From: Lingula anatina
Taxonomy: Eukaryota > Animalia > Brachiopoda
Assembly: GCA_051362555.1 (NCBI GenBank)
Contig: JBPQGU010000016.1
Span: forward strand, 5,580,001-5,644,000
Length of the DNA stretch: 64,000 nucleotides
Direction: 5' to 3'
This document shows positions 52,537-64,000 of the stretch, in pieces. The position numbers and the translations under genes are program-made. Every line of letters starts with the position of its first letter. Within the stretch, counting starts at the first letter, position 1. Below the pieces are notes generated by a model that had not been told where the DNA came from, did no database searches, and saw nothing but the letters and a program-made list of their open reading frames with translations.

Positions 52537-54347
52537 ATTTATAACTGGAAAGGGGAAACACACATGATGTGCATAGTAAATTATTTTATTGCTATCCAAG
52601 AGGTGATATATTCGAGTATTTTTATAAGATTAAGTCATGGCATTTACCTGTTAAAATTATCAAAAACGGTTAAACTCTTACTTTAAAAATGATGAACAAT
52701 AAGAGATGAAAACGTTATTTCAAAGTTCACTGTGATAATTGTCACAAAGCCTTTGGTATAGGGCGTCAAAAAAGACCAATTTTTTAAACAGTTTTTATAG
52801 ATGAAATTTTATGTAAAAGATTCATTTTAAATATGAAATAAATCAAATTAAATCAAAAAGAGAAGATGGGCTATTCTGTTGGAATAGTCTATCAATTAAG
52901 CAAGAGCTTTTCTGATTTGTCCACAGAAGTGATTTATGTAATTAACGCGTGGGTAAGATCTTTCACTTAATTAGAACCTTGAAACTTCAACGTAAATAAA
53001 TTGCGGTAGGCAGGGGAAGGCGACCATCTATCTCCAATTTTTCAAGCCAAGTTGGAGTTAAGATACCCCAACAAGGATTACTTTGACCGAAATACAGATT
53101 GCTGTGGCCGTTAACATATAGTATGATCAGTGATTTGGGGGGGGTGGGGGGGTGTAAGGGGGTTCCTGATCCCCTCCCTTCGATTTCTGATTAAAAAACG
53201 CGCCAAAAAACATCTAGCTGAATAATAGTTCTAAACCGTTCCAAATGGCGCCATTGTCCCTCCAAAACACCAATTTGTTGGGACCTTTGGGCGTCCCGAA
53301 CATGACGCCAAGGGGGTGAAGCTTGGCCTTGCAATCCGAAGTCTGTCAATCCCTAAAAACGGACTCCCCTTCCCTTCCCCCTTCAAAAAATCTGGATCCA
53401 CCCCTGATGATTAAGAAAAGATACTCACGACGTGGCACCCTTTTATCTCTTCTTCAGAAAGTGCTGCAGGTTAACCGCACAGGCCGTCAGCTTGAGAACT
53501 CATTTCTCATTTTTTACGGCCGGATTGCACGGGGCACGGGGTCTCGCGGGGTTTCGGATAGGAATGCACTTCACGAATTACCCCCCACATTGGACTGTCT
53601 CGTCTCACGTAACACAATAAGTAAAATCGCTATTTTTTCGAAAGTATTATTTGCAGTTTGTATGGTTTAAACAGAAGAATTGATAAGGGAAAAAATAAAG
53701 GAGAAAGGTCCAATTCCCCTCAGCAGAGAGTCCGCATTGCCCAGATATCTGTATATAGCTAACTACCATTACTTTTGATAAATGTTTTGGTGCTGGTCTG
53801 TAGTAAGGATTTATTTCATTCTGCAAGAGAATTTACTAGTAACCGCTTCAAAATATCCTTAATATATTCAATTGTTTGTACCGATTCCCAACTGCATTGC
53901 ATGCTATTTCAGTAATAAATAAAATAAATCGTTTTTGTCCCTTTTCTTTTGTTTAGAGGATGTTTATTTTAATAATAATTTGTTTTTCTTTACAAATAAA
54001 ATAGTACGATAAATCATGAACAAATTAAATGAATATTTTTAATAAGTAAATTAAATAAAACATTATATAGAAGCAGATGACTATACCTATTTTAAATGAG
54101 TCAAACAATTCATTCATTCAGGATGTTTAATACGCAAAAGTTCTATGTAAAAATCATACTTAAAGTCCATTACTTTAAATTAAAAGTTATCAGTGACCGT
54201 GATAACAATGTCTTTGAAGATCTGACAGCTCTTAGTATTAGGAAAGTACATTTTTTGGTGTGAAACTTTTTGAAAAATTTAACTCTGGTAGTAAACGATC
54301 GATTTTGTGATCTCTGAAGATGTTGTGAAGTAGTAAATTTGCCAGCT

Positions 54348-54507
54348 CAGTCCCGTAGCCGGAGGGGGGGTCGAAAATAACCCCATTTTTGCCAGGAAAA
54401 AGGTCCCCTCTAAGTAAAATTCTATCTAGGTATATAAATTTTTCAAAGTAAAAGGTCCACATTTTCAGAAAAAGAACCCCCTTTTGAAATTGCTGGCTAC
54501 GGGGCTG
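54348..54507. mobile_element. 160-bp MITE with CAG...CTG termini and 5-bp TSD CAGCT
   Basis: CAGCT-CAGTCCCGTAGCC...GGCTACGGGGCTG-CAGCT. A local duplicate at about 54557-54610 shows the empty site. Confidence 0.85.
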
Positions 54508-55472
54508 CAGCTCATCTCTGGGACTTTTTTTAATTTTAATTCTGCCTATAAAAGTTCGATTTTGTGATCTTTGAACACGTTGTAAAGTAGTGATTTTGTC
54601 AACTCATCTCTTCTCCCATCATTACTTTCTCTGTTTGAATTTCGAGTGCTTCATCAAAGAGAACTGTTTCAATATTGTCATTTTTGTAAGACGTGCCAAA
54701 TTTGGAAGGCATATCCCACTGTAGGTCTTATAACAGGTAAGTAGATGCATATGAGTTTATTTTACTTTCAATAACATCTCCAATGTCCAAAAGATAACCC
54801 AAGAATACATTTGTTCATGCAATATAAGAAAAGCAGTACAGAAGTCAGATTATGTTTTCAATTGAATTATTCGATTTTTTTACAACAGTTGACTCAAAAA
54901 TTTGAGAAGAAAGTTGTCCCATTACATTAAAAACCTATAATTATGCACCAAACCTGCCATTTCATGTATATATTAGTTAACCTAAGTTTCATGTGATTGC
55001 TTGCAGTGTCAATACACTGACTACTCAGAAAACAGCTATAACAAAGTATAGCACTACAATTTACAAACACTCAAGTATTCAAAAAAGTATTCATATGTTA
55101 GTAAAAAGTTTTTGTATATGACAGATCTACGTATTTGATTTAGCTGTTGAGGTTTTGGTCTGTTCACTTTGACAGACTTGGTCAGAACTAAATTACCTGT
55201 AAGTAAACAGGTAATTACCTCAGTCTTGTGACCTAGTCTGTCAAGAAACTGAGACCCAATGAAATATATGTACATATATGAATATAGCACTGTGTTTAAA
55301 GTCAAAGCTGTTACTTGCCTATAAAATGAGATTATCCACACTGATATTTTACTATGAAAAAAGTTCTTAGATATAAAGCCATCCTTGACCCTTGCTTGTT
55401 TGGAAAGACATAATAGAAAAAGGTACAGTATTGAGCATATTGCTGTGTCAAGTAAACATTATGAGGGGTTAA

Positions 55473-55719
55473 GACTGGGTTCCCATACACAGATCGATCC
55501 AACTGGATCGATCTAACTCCCTGGGGAGTCTCACAAAATAGTAATCAACTAACTGGCTTAAATGTCTGTCACCCCTACCAAATAGGCTAGGGGGTAAAGA
55601 TAATTATTCTTTAACAGCTTTACTACGCATGACAGACATTCAAGCTGGCCAAGTTGACAGCAATTTAGTGAGACTCCCCAGGGAGATAGATCGATCTAAA
55701 TATCTGTGGGAATGGTTCC
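55473..55719. mobile_element. MITE with TAA TSD (PIF/Harbinger-like)
   Basis: TAA-GACTGGGTTCCCA...TGGGAATGGTTCC-TAA with long imperfect inverted arms containing GATCGATC motifs. Confidence 0.82.
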
Positions 55720-55725
55720 TAAGAC

Positions 55726-55874
55726 CAGTGGACTTACAGATCAAATATGGCTGACCCACTGAAAAGCTTGCTGCTTATTCCCAGCTAGACTTCAAATAGT
55801 TTCCCCATGGGAAAAACGCAACAAGCATTTAAGAGGGTCAGCCGTATTTGATCTGTGGATCTGTTAGTCCACTG
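55726..55874. mobile_element. Foldback MITE
   Basis: Inverted arms CAGTGGACTTACAGATCAAATATGGCTGACCC ... GGGTCAGCCGTATTTGATCTGTGGATCTGTTAGTCCACTG. Confidence 0.75.
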
Positions 55875-56047
55875 TTTTGAGTGTGTTCTTAGTGGTTTTT
55901 CTCTCCAGCAGGGACTATATTTGATATTTTGTTTTCAAAGGGGGTGGGTGGGGGTGGGAGAATGTGGGTGTTTCTCCCTGAATCCACCAATGATAAGATT
56001 CATCATATGACCAAAAGGCAATAAAACAAAGAGCACATTCATAACAA

Positions 56048-56299
56048 GATGATCTGCAGACTAACAGATCTGCTATTCAAATATGGCAGACTCACTTGAA
56101 AGCAGGGCCACAAAATACATAAGTCTCCTGCTCCAGACTTGCCATACTCCACAATTAAACCAATTAAATCTTGGCTCCCAGGTTTAATTGCTAGGGCAGG
56201 GATGGCGTGTGTGGAGACCATCAGGGTATTGGGCAGTTTGCTTTTCAGTGAGGTCCGGTGCCATATTTAGTCTGCAGATCTGTTAGTCAGCAAGTCATC
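56048..56299. mobile_element. Foldback MITE related to 55726-55874
   Basis: Inverted arms GCAGACTAACAGATCTGC...AAATATGGCA ... TGCCATATTT...GCAGATCTGTTAGTCAGC. Confidence 0.72.
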
Positions 56300-56520
56300 T
56301 GTCCTGAATGAGCTCAAAGTCTGTCAATATACAGACAGGTTAAACAGACCCTTGCAACATTTCTCAAAGAGACCTGCCACCGCAAATATCTACATTGTAA
56401 GATTATAACCCCTCGAAAGACCTTAAATTATTACGAAAGCTTAAAATTAACAATAATAATACAAGTAAATAACATATCACTTAATAAATGGGCAATTATG
56501 AAAAATTTCACTAATTTCCC

Positions 56521-57411
56521 CTATCTAACAGACCCTGCTCCATATCTCAATTCTTGCTCAAACTGTTCTGCAGTGAAGGTCCCGTCCAGTCTTTCACAGT
56601 TTGGATTAAATACAGAATATGCACTGGGTGCTCCATCTTTTTTCACTCGACTTCCTGTGTTAGCATAAACCACATAAAACATAGAGAGCGCAAAATAAAC
56701 AGCACCAAACTGGAGCTCAATGAAGAGTCCCCAGAGAATAAACCATAGACAGATTTTCAAGTAGTTTGGTTTCAAGATTTCTGGAATGTAATTGCGTATC
56801 CAAGGAGGTTCTTCCAGATCAGCTGGACGAAAGGTGTGATTTCCATCATTATCTGTTCCTTCTTGGTCCTCTTGTGCTTCACTGTGATATTTATCATGGT
56901 TATTTACAGGTCTGTTTTGTTCCAGTTTAATCTGAAGATTTGAAAGAAGACATCAAAGAACAATGGGTTATAACTTTTCAGTAGAGCAGAGAAATGTTGA
57001 AAACGACTGTAAATCACTTATTCCAATCACCGTCTCCACCATTTGAACTACAGACAGTACTCCTATTCCATTTTCAAAGGGTTATTACTTATACTAAACT
57101 ATTGCAAAAGGAATAAAGATGCAAGTAGGTCAAAACAATTTTGATGCATTGGATGGAATTTAACTTGAGACAAGTTTTTACCACAGTTTTTGGCCTTACA
57201 ACCTGCTAGGTAAGGAAAATAAGACCGAAAACTGACACAAGCATGATTAATATGAAACCCACTGCCACCGTCACCAGCTTGAGAAAGGGGAACTTACGGT
57301 CGTCTTTATCGAGTTTCCATTCCCAAATAATCTATGTATCAGGGGAGTTTTGTTTTCTTTTGATTTTTTAGCTCGATACTCAGCTAACTTTTCCTGCACG
57401 GATTTGTCCAT
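56521..57411 (-). CDS. SAYSD1: SAYSvFN domain-containing protein 1 (174 aa): exons 57298-57411, 56521-56931
   Basis: Phase-0 GT-AG intron. N-terminal QEKLAEYRAKK, hydrophobic hairpin LWFILWGLFIELQFGAVYF and signature SAYSVFNPNCERLDGTFTAEQFEQELR. Confidence 0.95.
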
Positions 57412-59615
57412 TGCAGTGAGAGGACGCAAGATGTGATCATAACTAATAACATCCGCTGCAGTGGCTGGTTGAGCAATGTCTACATCACAACGACGTACAT
57501 GGCTCAGGAGGTCCCGTCTTCAACCAGACGAAGCCATCATCAATTCGCACAGAAAAATGTATACATATTTTCACTGTAATTAAATTTTTTTTAGAGATTG
57601 CCCAAATACAGAACCGGGAGGGGGAGGGTGGTTCTGTGGCAGATTTAGAGAGGGGGAGGTCATAGGGGTCCTGACCCCCTCTTCGATATCTGGTCCCCTC
57701 TTGAAATTAGAATTTTGACAAGCTGAATCATAGTTCTAAACCGTACCAACTGGCACTGTTTGCCCTTTACATTAAATACAATTTTTTTCCAGGGCCCTTC
57801 ACCCAAACAATACGCCAAGTGGGGGTGGGGGTGGGTTGGGGTGGGGTGGGGTAGGGCCATCTTCGCAACCCCTGACCCCCTCTTCAAATAATCCTGGATC
57901 CGCCCCTGAGGTTGACGACAGAAATTATGTATTCTCGGTACAAGTGGTGAGCATACTGTAAGGATAGCATGAAGAGTTTCGACCCACGAATTTTTTTTTT
58001 ACAAAATTAAAGTATATATTTCTGTTTCATTTTGTTATTTGTAAAGGTAAAAAAAGTCTGCGTATACCCCTCAGTCCACTGCATGTGATTAGAGGAAGAA
58101 CTGTGTAATATCACTTTGTGTTTAAGAACTAGAAGGCATTTTACATCACATGCTCATAGGCAGAAAGGCACAACTTGAAGGAGTAGACAACAGTAGAAAT
58201 TTACACTGTGCCAAGGCTCAACAAGCAATTTTTGACTATTGAAAGATCTTGGTCCCAAACTCTCGAAGTCAGCATCCTTTCCTTCTAAAAATGATTATGA
58301 ACAAAACTTAACTTTTGATCCATTGTGTAAAATTGTGGAAGATTGACAGTTTTTGTAGCCTTCTTTATAAAACCCAAAAATATGTACTTAGGAATTTTGA
58401 ACTTATTTGATTAGACCATAATTTAAGATTCTTCACCGTAGTTGCAGATTTTTAACAGATATCATAGTATACCTAACTATATAAATTATATATCATGAAA
58501 AGAAAAAAAACATTTTACTTGCATCACTATGTTTATTTATTAAAACTATAAAAGTCTCACAGGACATTTAACTTGTTCTTTGTAAGTGATATTCTGACGT
58601 CTTCACAGGTATGATGTATATAGCACTGAACTGAATACTTTATTAAGTATTTGTTTTAAGTCACATTTAATATAAGATTAGAACAAAATAAAGAATTTAG
58701 TCTTACAGTGTTCTGATAAATGACCACATCTTTTAAAGTTAGTATGACAAAACCAGTACAAAGATTACAGTAAGCTGGTCCAGTATTGTTAAAATGGTTG
58801 ATCGCTACAAGATGGAGGCTGAGCTGTCCTAGCTAGGCTCCTTTATTGAAGCTGCTAGGGGTAATAAATTATCATTTAGCAGCTTCAGTGGGCGTGCAAA
58901 ACATCTAAGCCACTTGAGCTGAAAGCTATATAGCGAGAAACCCCTTGGAGATGGATCGATCCTGTTAGATCGATCTAGGTATGGGAACCCAGTCTTAAAG
59001 TTAATAAACCTTTAGATCATCCCTGGACTAATAAGCCTTTTGATAAGTCTAAGAATTTGTTTGGTAAAATCTTTTCCTTTTTTCATATTTTGAGACCAGT
59101 ACATCTGGAGATGTATGAACTTTCCAGACTACAAACCTCAAATTTATCAACTGTCATATTGCACCTATTCAAACTCTTATATTATCAACAATAAACATCT
59201 GTGTTTACTGCCATGGTGAATTCAAACTGCTTTGCAAAACTATTTTCAATTTTTATGAAAGTACTGATCATTACTGAGTTAAGTATAAATTCCCTTATTT
59301 TTAAGGTGTTAGTTTGTTGTCATTGACCAAAATTTGCCCAGAAATTGGTTTTGACATGATGTACATTCACAAGGACAAAAGTTTAACCAGGATTTCTCAG
59401 CTGTAGATTAAAGACTAATACACTGTTGTCAAGTATATGGAATACAGATGAGTGCAGCTGTATTACACATAGATGAGAAGATGACAGATTGCTGAGTTAC
59501 TACTACATTGTGATCTGGATATTAAATCAGTTGGTGAGGGTTCAAACACTAAAATACAGTCATTATCAGAAGACCATCCCTGCATTCTTGCTTGTCTGAA
59601 TATCTGTTGTTGGTG

Positions 59616-60095
59616 CTAGCAGTCTGCTGCCCCTACTTTGAGAGCCTCGATGACACTGCGGACAGTGGGGAAAGTAGCTGTGACCTGGGGAAGCTGAGAA
59701 ACCGGGACTGTAGTCCTAGAAATATAAACAATGTATCAGTAAAGAATAGAATTTCTGATGTTTCTTATGCACAAGCTTGTTCTGGCAAAAATGGATCTAT
59801 ACACATAAAATCTAATAAATATGTATCAATGTGACATTAAAACATACATGAAATAAAATTCATGTAAAGTACCCTGATCCAACTGAAGAAATAATTACAC
59901 TACATTTTACACAAATAAAGCTGTTGGTAGCTTAGAGGTGTGGTAGAATTAATTGACTTTAATGTTGACTAATTAAACTTACTTCTTGACATTCATCCAC
60001 TGTTTGGCCACCAAAATAAAAGCATCTGGACCTCCAGACAACATGGCCTCTAGATCCAGTAACTGAAAAGTTTAATTCAAATATTTCTTTATTTT

Positions 60096-60132
<37 letters not shown>

Positions 60133-63100
60133 ATCATTTTATATTTACAAAAATTCAACCAAAACGAGAGTAAAAACAGAGCAAGAGTAAAACATGCACA
60201 GATAATAAAAATGCCAACATTGTTTTATGCTTTCAAGCATGATGACACTCATAAAAATGACCTGGCAATAAGTTTTGTAGTGAAGAGATTCTTATAGATT
60301 GAGATCCTACCTATTTCATTTTGATGAAATATAATTTACAACAAGGGTTACTGAAGTGGAAATCCCCCTCCTTACCTTTCCCTGTGGTATTTTTCCTGTT
60401 ACTTCTTTCCCCATAGACATGAACAGTCCCAAGATGACAGAGTAAGCAACAACACTAGAATACAACCAAAACAAAGTAAAGCCCCAATTCTTGACCACCA
60501 ACAAGAGACTATTCAGGCATCAGTACATCTCATAACTTTTAACTCCTTTAGCAACAAACAATTTTATGGTTTTTATGCCATGGTGACCCTTGATAAAAAT
60601 AAACATTTGCCATAAACAGACAAATGAGGATAAAACCACTCTGTGAGGAAAACTGAGTTTTTGTAGTTAAACATTTTTAAGGTTAATGTCACTTTCTGAT
60701 ATTAAATATTTGACATGTTTGATAATACTTGTTTATCCTAAAAAGGGAACTGAATTAACAAGCAGTTGAATGAGGTGCATCATCTATGGAAATATAAACA
60801 TGTTACACAGAAGTAAAATAAGAATCAATACCTTGTTCCCCTTGACAGGGGCATGAGATTGTAGAAGTAATATCCTAAGGACAGGATGAGATTCAGTACA
60901 TTATCAAATTCCTGAAAAAACAACAACAACAAAGATTTAGAATGAAAAAAAATAGGTTAAGTGACAAAACCATTGATGTCTTTGGGGAATTCACAGGAAA
61001 ATGTTTGTCCCATTCCTGTCTCACTCAAAACAGCAGTCCAATAAGGTTGAAATACAGTTAGACTTTTTCAAATTTGGTTATTTAATATGTTCAGCAAAAT
61101 GTAGCAGAATATAGCATCTTTCATGTTTAAGATAAAAATGAATTTGTTACCAACTGATTTAAAGTTAAAGGAAGCAATCTCAATAAGCAATTTATTGTAC
61201 TTCATCCATAAAACAGTAAATAACTGAGATGACTATATTTCGTTACATCCTAAAATTTAATACAATTCTATCAAGACTGCTCAGATCAATGTTTCAATAA
61301 AGAACTGAAGGAAAAGATTAAAACATTACAGCTATTTTACTGGCTCCTGTTCTTCTGACTTCCTTGTCTAATTTAGTGAATAGATAATTTAGCTCAGAGT
61401 GGAAGGACGCTGTCCGTGCCTTGGTGGTGGGCGTGTTTAGGGAGAAAGTCACCTGACCATTGCTGGAAATAAAATCAATTATTAAAATCTAACCTACCTT
61501 CTTTAAAGTACAAATATAATTAAGGGCATCCGGGCAAATTTTTAAGATTATGAACACTATTGAACTACATAAGAAACAACAGATTTTAATGCAGCATTTT
61601 ACATTCATACCAATTAATATAATGTATCTTAATTTCCACAGTGGCTCTGTTCACTTTTAAGTTCTTCCTCAGATTAGATGAATTAGGTGATATCCCTCAA
61701 CCTTTACTTTATTTTGACATGAAACAAGAGAATTACAACAAACATCAGCATATACAATGAGTTTATTTGTTTTTTCTTCCTATCATGAATAAATAACTGA
61801 AACTGAAGCAACTTCTGTGTTTCTATTATATCTTACCCATCCTGGGTCAGGGTTAATATTAATCCCTCATGGCGGTTGTTGTTTTTATCTTGTGAGCTTG
61901 GCACTTGTGTGGTCACCATGAAGCCTTGCTGATTCAGATTACGTTTCTGAAATAGTATTTAAAAAAATATTGCTCTTCACTATTTATCACAGGTATTAAG
62001 TTTTAAGCAAAAACATTTTTAGTAAAAGGATACAATTTTAAAATTACAAATTCTGTAAAGAAGCATTTCTTTTAAAAAAAATTCAATCTCTTTAAAAATA
62101 TCTCAATTTACAAATCTCCTTAAGATAGTATATAAACCAGTTACTAATATATCAACAAAATATATATTTCAAATGGATTCCCCTCTTACTCGTGCTATTT
62201 GTAAAATATCATGGACACTTTTGGCTTTGTCTAAATCTTCCTGAAACCCAGCATAATTTATTACCCCTTCTCTGGAATATAGAATAAAAATGTAAGCACA
62301 TGACAATATCTAAATATATCTAGAAAATAACCTGTAAATAATGATATACCAAAACTGCTGCTCCTTTTTGTCTAAAAAATTGATAATTCCTCACATTTAT
62401 CACATTCATATCATTATGCTTCTCTAAAATGCTGATTAACAGAAACATGAACAAGGGGACTAATTCTACATACAAATTTTGTTTTATATTTGACATTCAT
62501 TGTCAGTAATATTTATTAAACTTCATTTGCATGTAAGTTTTATCATGATATACAACTAAGTCTCCTTACCCTTGGTAATGCCCTAACATTGTCTTGACCA
62601 GTTTGAAGACCAGGTCAAAATATGGCGCCATCCGGATGTTTACAACATCACCCCTTTAAAAGAGTGGCATTAACAGAGTTTAGGACAGTATATTAGTTCA
62701 AAATGGTCTTCATGTTAATACACTCCTTGCAATACAATTTGTATACAATTAAAAACACCATTTCAACTGATAATCAAGTAAAAATCAAGTAATTGATTAA
62801 AAAACCAATTAAACATGGCTGTTGGGACCCTTGATAATCACCCATTTGTGTACTTACTTCACAAAGTTGACATCACATTTATACCCCTCCTTGACAATAT
62901 CTTCTGGTATTTTATCCAGCCATAAGACTACACTATCTGGGTCTGCCAGTCTTCTGTATTGCACACCTATGTCAAATATGTCCCTCCAGGTACATTTCTT
63001 CCCTGAAAACAAATAGTGTGGTAAAAATCAGACGATGAAAACAGGAGATAAAGGCTGGAATTTTTCAAGGTTCTAATCAAATAACTGCATTTGTTGAGTG

Positions 63101-64000
63101 TTGCAAGGAAATATAGATTAACTGTAAATGTTACATTAAAAAGTCAAAATCTGGTTATCCAAAAATGTTATTTATTAATGAAAAATGCTTTAAAGGCAAA
63201 TTTTGAGAAAAAAAAAAGCTAGATACAATATATACTGAATGAACTTATTATCACTTTATTGCTGAATAATTATTCCTACCTTTACACTTCATATTTTTCC
63301 CTCGCCAGAAAGACTGGAAGTAAGAAATCAAACATACAAAGAAAAGCATTTCATCAGATCAGCACTCTGTTAGCAAATGGTTAAATTTCAGTTAACTCTG
63401 GCAGTAACTGTAATTTTGGTCATTTTATGCAACCTCACTTTTATGATTTTATGTAGATAGTACATAGTATAAACATAGTAGATTTGCATACAGATTCACA
63501 ATGGTTAACATTCATATCAAACAATATATTGAAAGGGTACATGATAAGAAAGGTAATTCACTGATAATATACAAAAATATGTTCAAACATCATAAAACCC
63601 CACCATTTAAAATACAGAAAGTACTAAAATAGTAGTTTCTTAACAATGATAACATGTATCTTTTTATAAAGATGATACATATAATACACACATAGATATG
63701 ACACTGGTAACACCCAGACTGTACACAGCTCAAGATTCAAAGCTTATCAGTAAGTTCTACATAAAGGGAAAGCAATGTCTGTAGTGACAATTAGAGTCAC
63801 CACCAGTAGTCTGACCCTCAGGGTACCTCTACTACACCATATTAACCACCGAACAACATAGACTTACCTCTAAAAACTGTGCTATATGTGTCGCAGCTAA
63901 CCCCATAGCCAGATTGAGTCTTTTATTGGGCAGGAAGCCATCGGCCGTGACCTGTGTAAGCCAGCCTATTTTATTAGCTCTGCAGATTAATGTTTGTGCG
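59616..64000 (-). CDS. TTC13: Tetratricopeptide repeat protein 13, 3' exons (partial): 63868->64000, 63280-63313, 62858-63002, 62570-62653, 62190-62271, 61837-61946, 61330-61462, 60832-60911, 60376-60454, 59983-60062, 59616-59715
   Basis: All junctions are GT-AG and phase-compatible. Peptides GFLPNKRLNLAMGLAA, WRDIFDIGVQYRRLADPD..LWLD, YYFYNLMPLSRGTSVVAYSVILG...GKIPQGKLLDLEAM and FPTVRSVIEAL match the recalled TTC13 C-terminus. Confidence 0.93.

Noticed and set aside
59500-59550. tRNA/SINE-like A- and B-box traces (TCAGTTGGT...GGTTCAAA), also near 57160-57210
   Set aside because: No cloverleaf, spacing too short and highly degenerate; not supportable as an RNA gene.
62350-62371. Possible 22-nt TTC13 micro-exon with AG/GT flanks
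   Set aside because: It would shift the frame, and the neighbouring exons already join in phase.

Overview
AT-rich, intron-containing animal genomic DNA. It is probably an invertebrate, plausibly a mollusc or other lophotrochozoan, inferred only from repeat style. Host genes in order: the last coding exons of aftiphilin (AFTPH, +); a convergent SERTAD2/CDCA4-like gene (-) with one coding exon; three tandem, intact GNAT-YitH-type acetyltransferase paralogs (-) with four coding exons each and a predicted mitochondrial presequence on a separate exon; SAYSD1 (-); and ten 3' exons of TTC13 (-) running off the right edge. The rest is largely mobile DNA. It includes two Helentron/HINE-like elements (the left one with an array of 146-bp satellite units carrying DR1 nuclear-receptor motifs), a 5'-truncated L2 LINE with an open RT frame, and a decayed Gypsy element with short LTRs and a GGTTA TSD. 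There is also a THAP-bearing DNA transposon inserted into a copy of itself, plus several MITE families (TAA, TTAA and 5-bp TSDs). The most notable items are the diversifying acetyltransferase cluster, the AFTPH-SERTAD2 microsynteny and the nested and recurrent TE insertions. Gene models were read by eye from splice sites and phase; no database searches were run.
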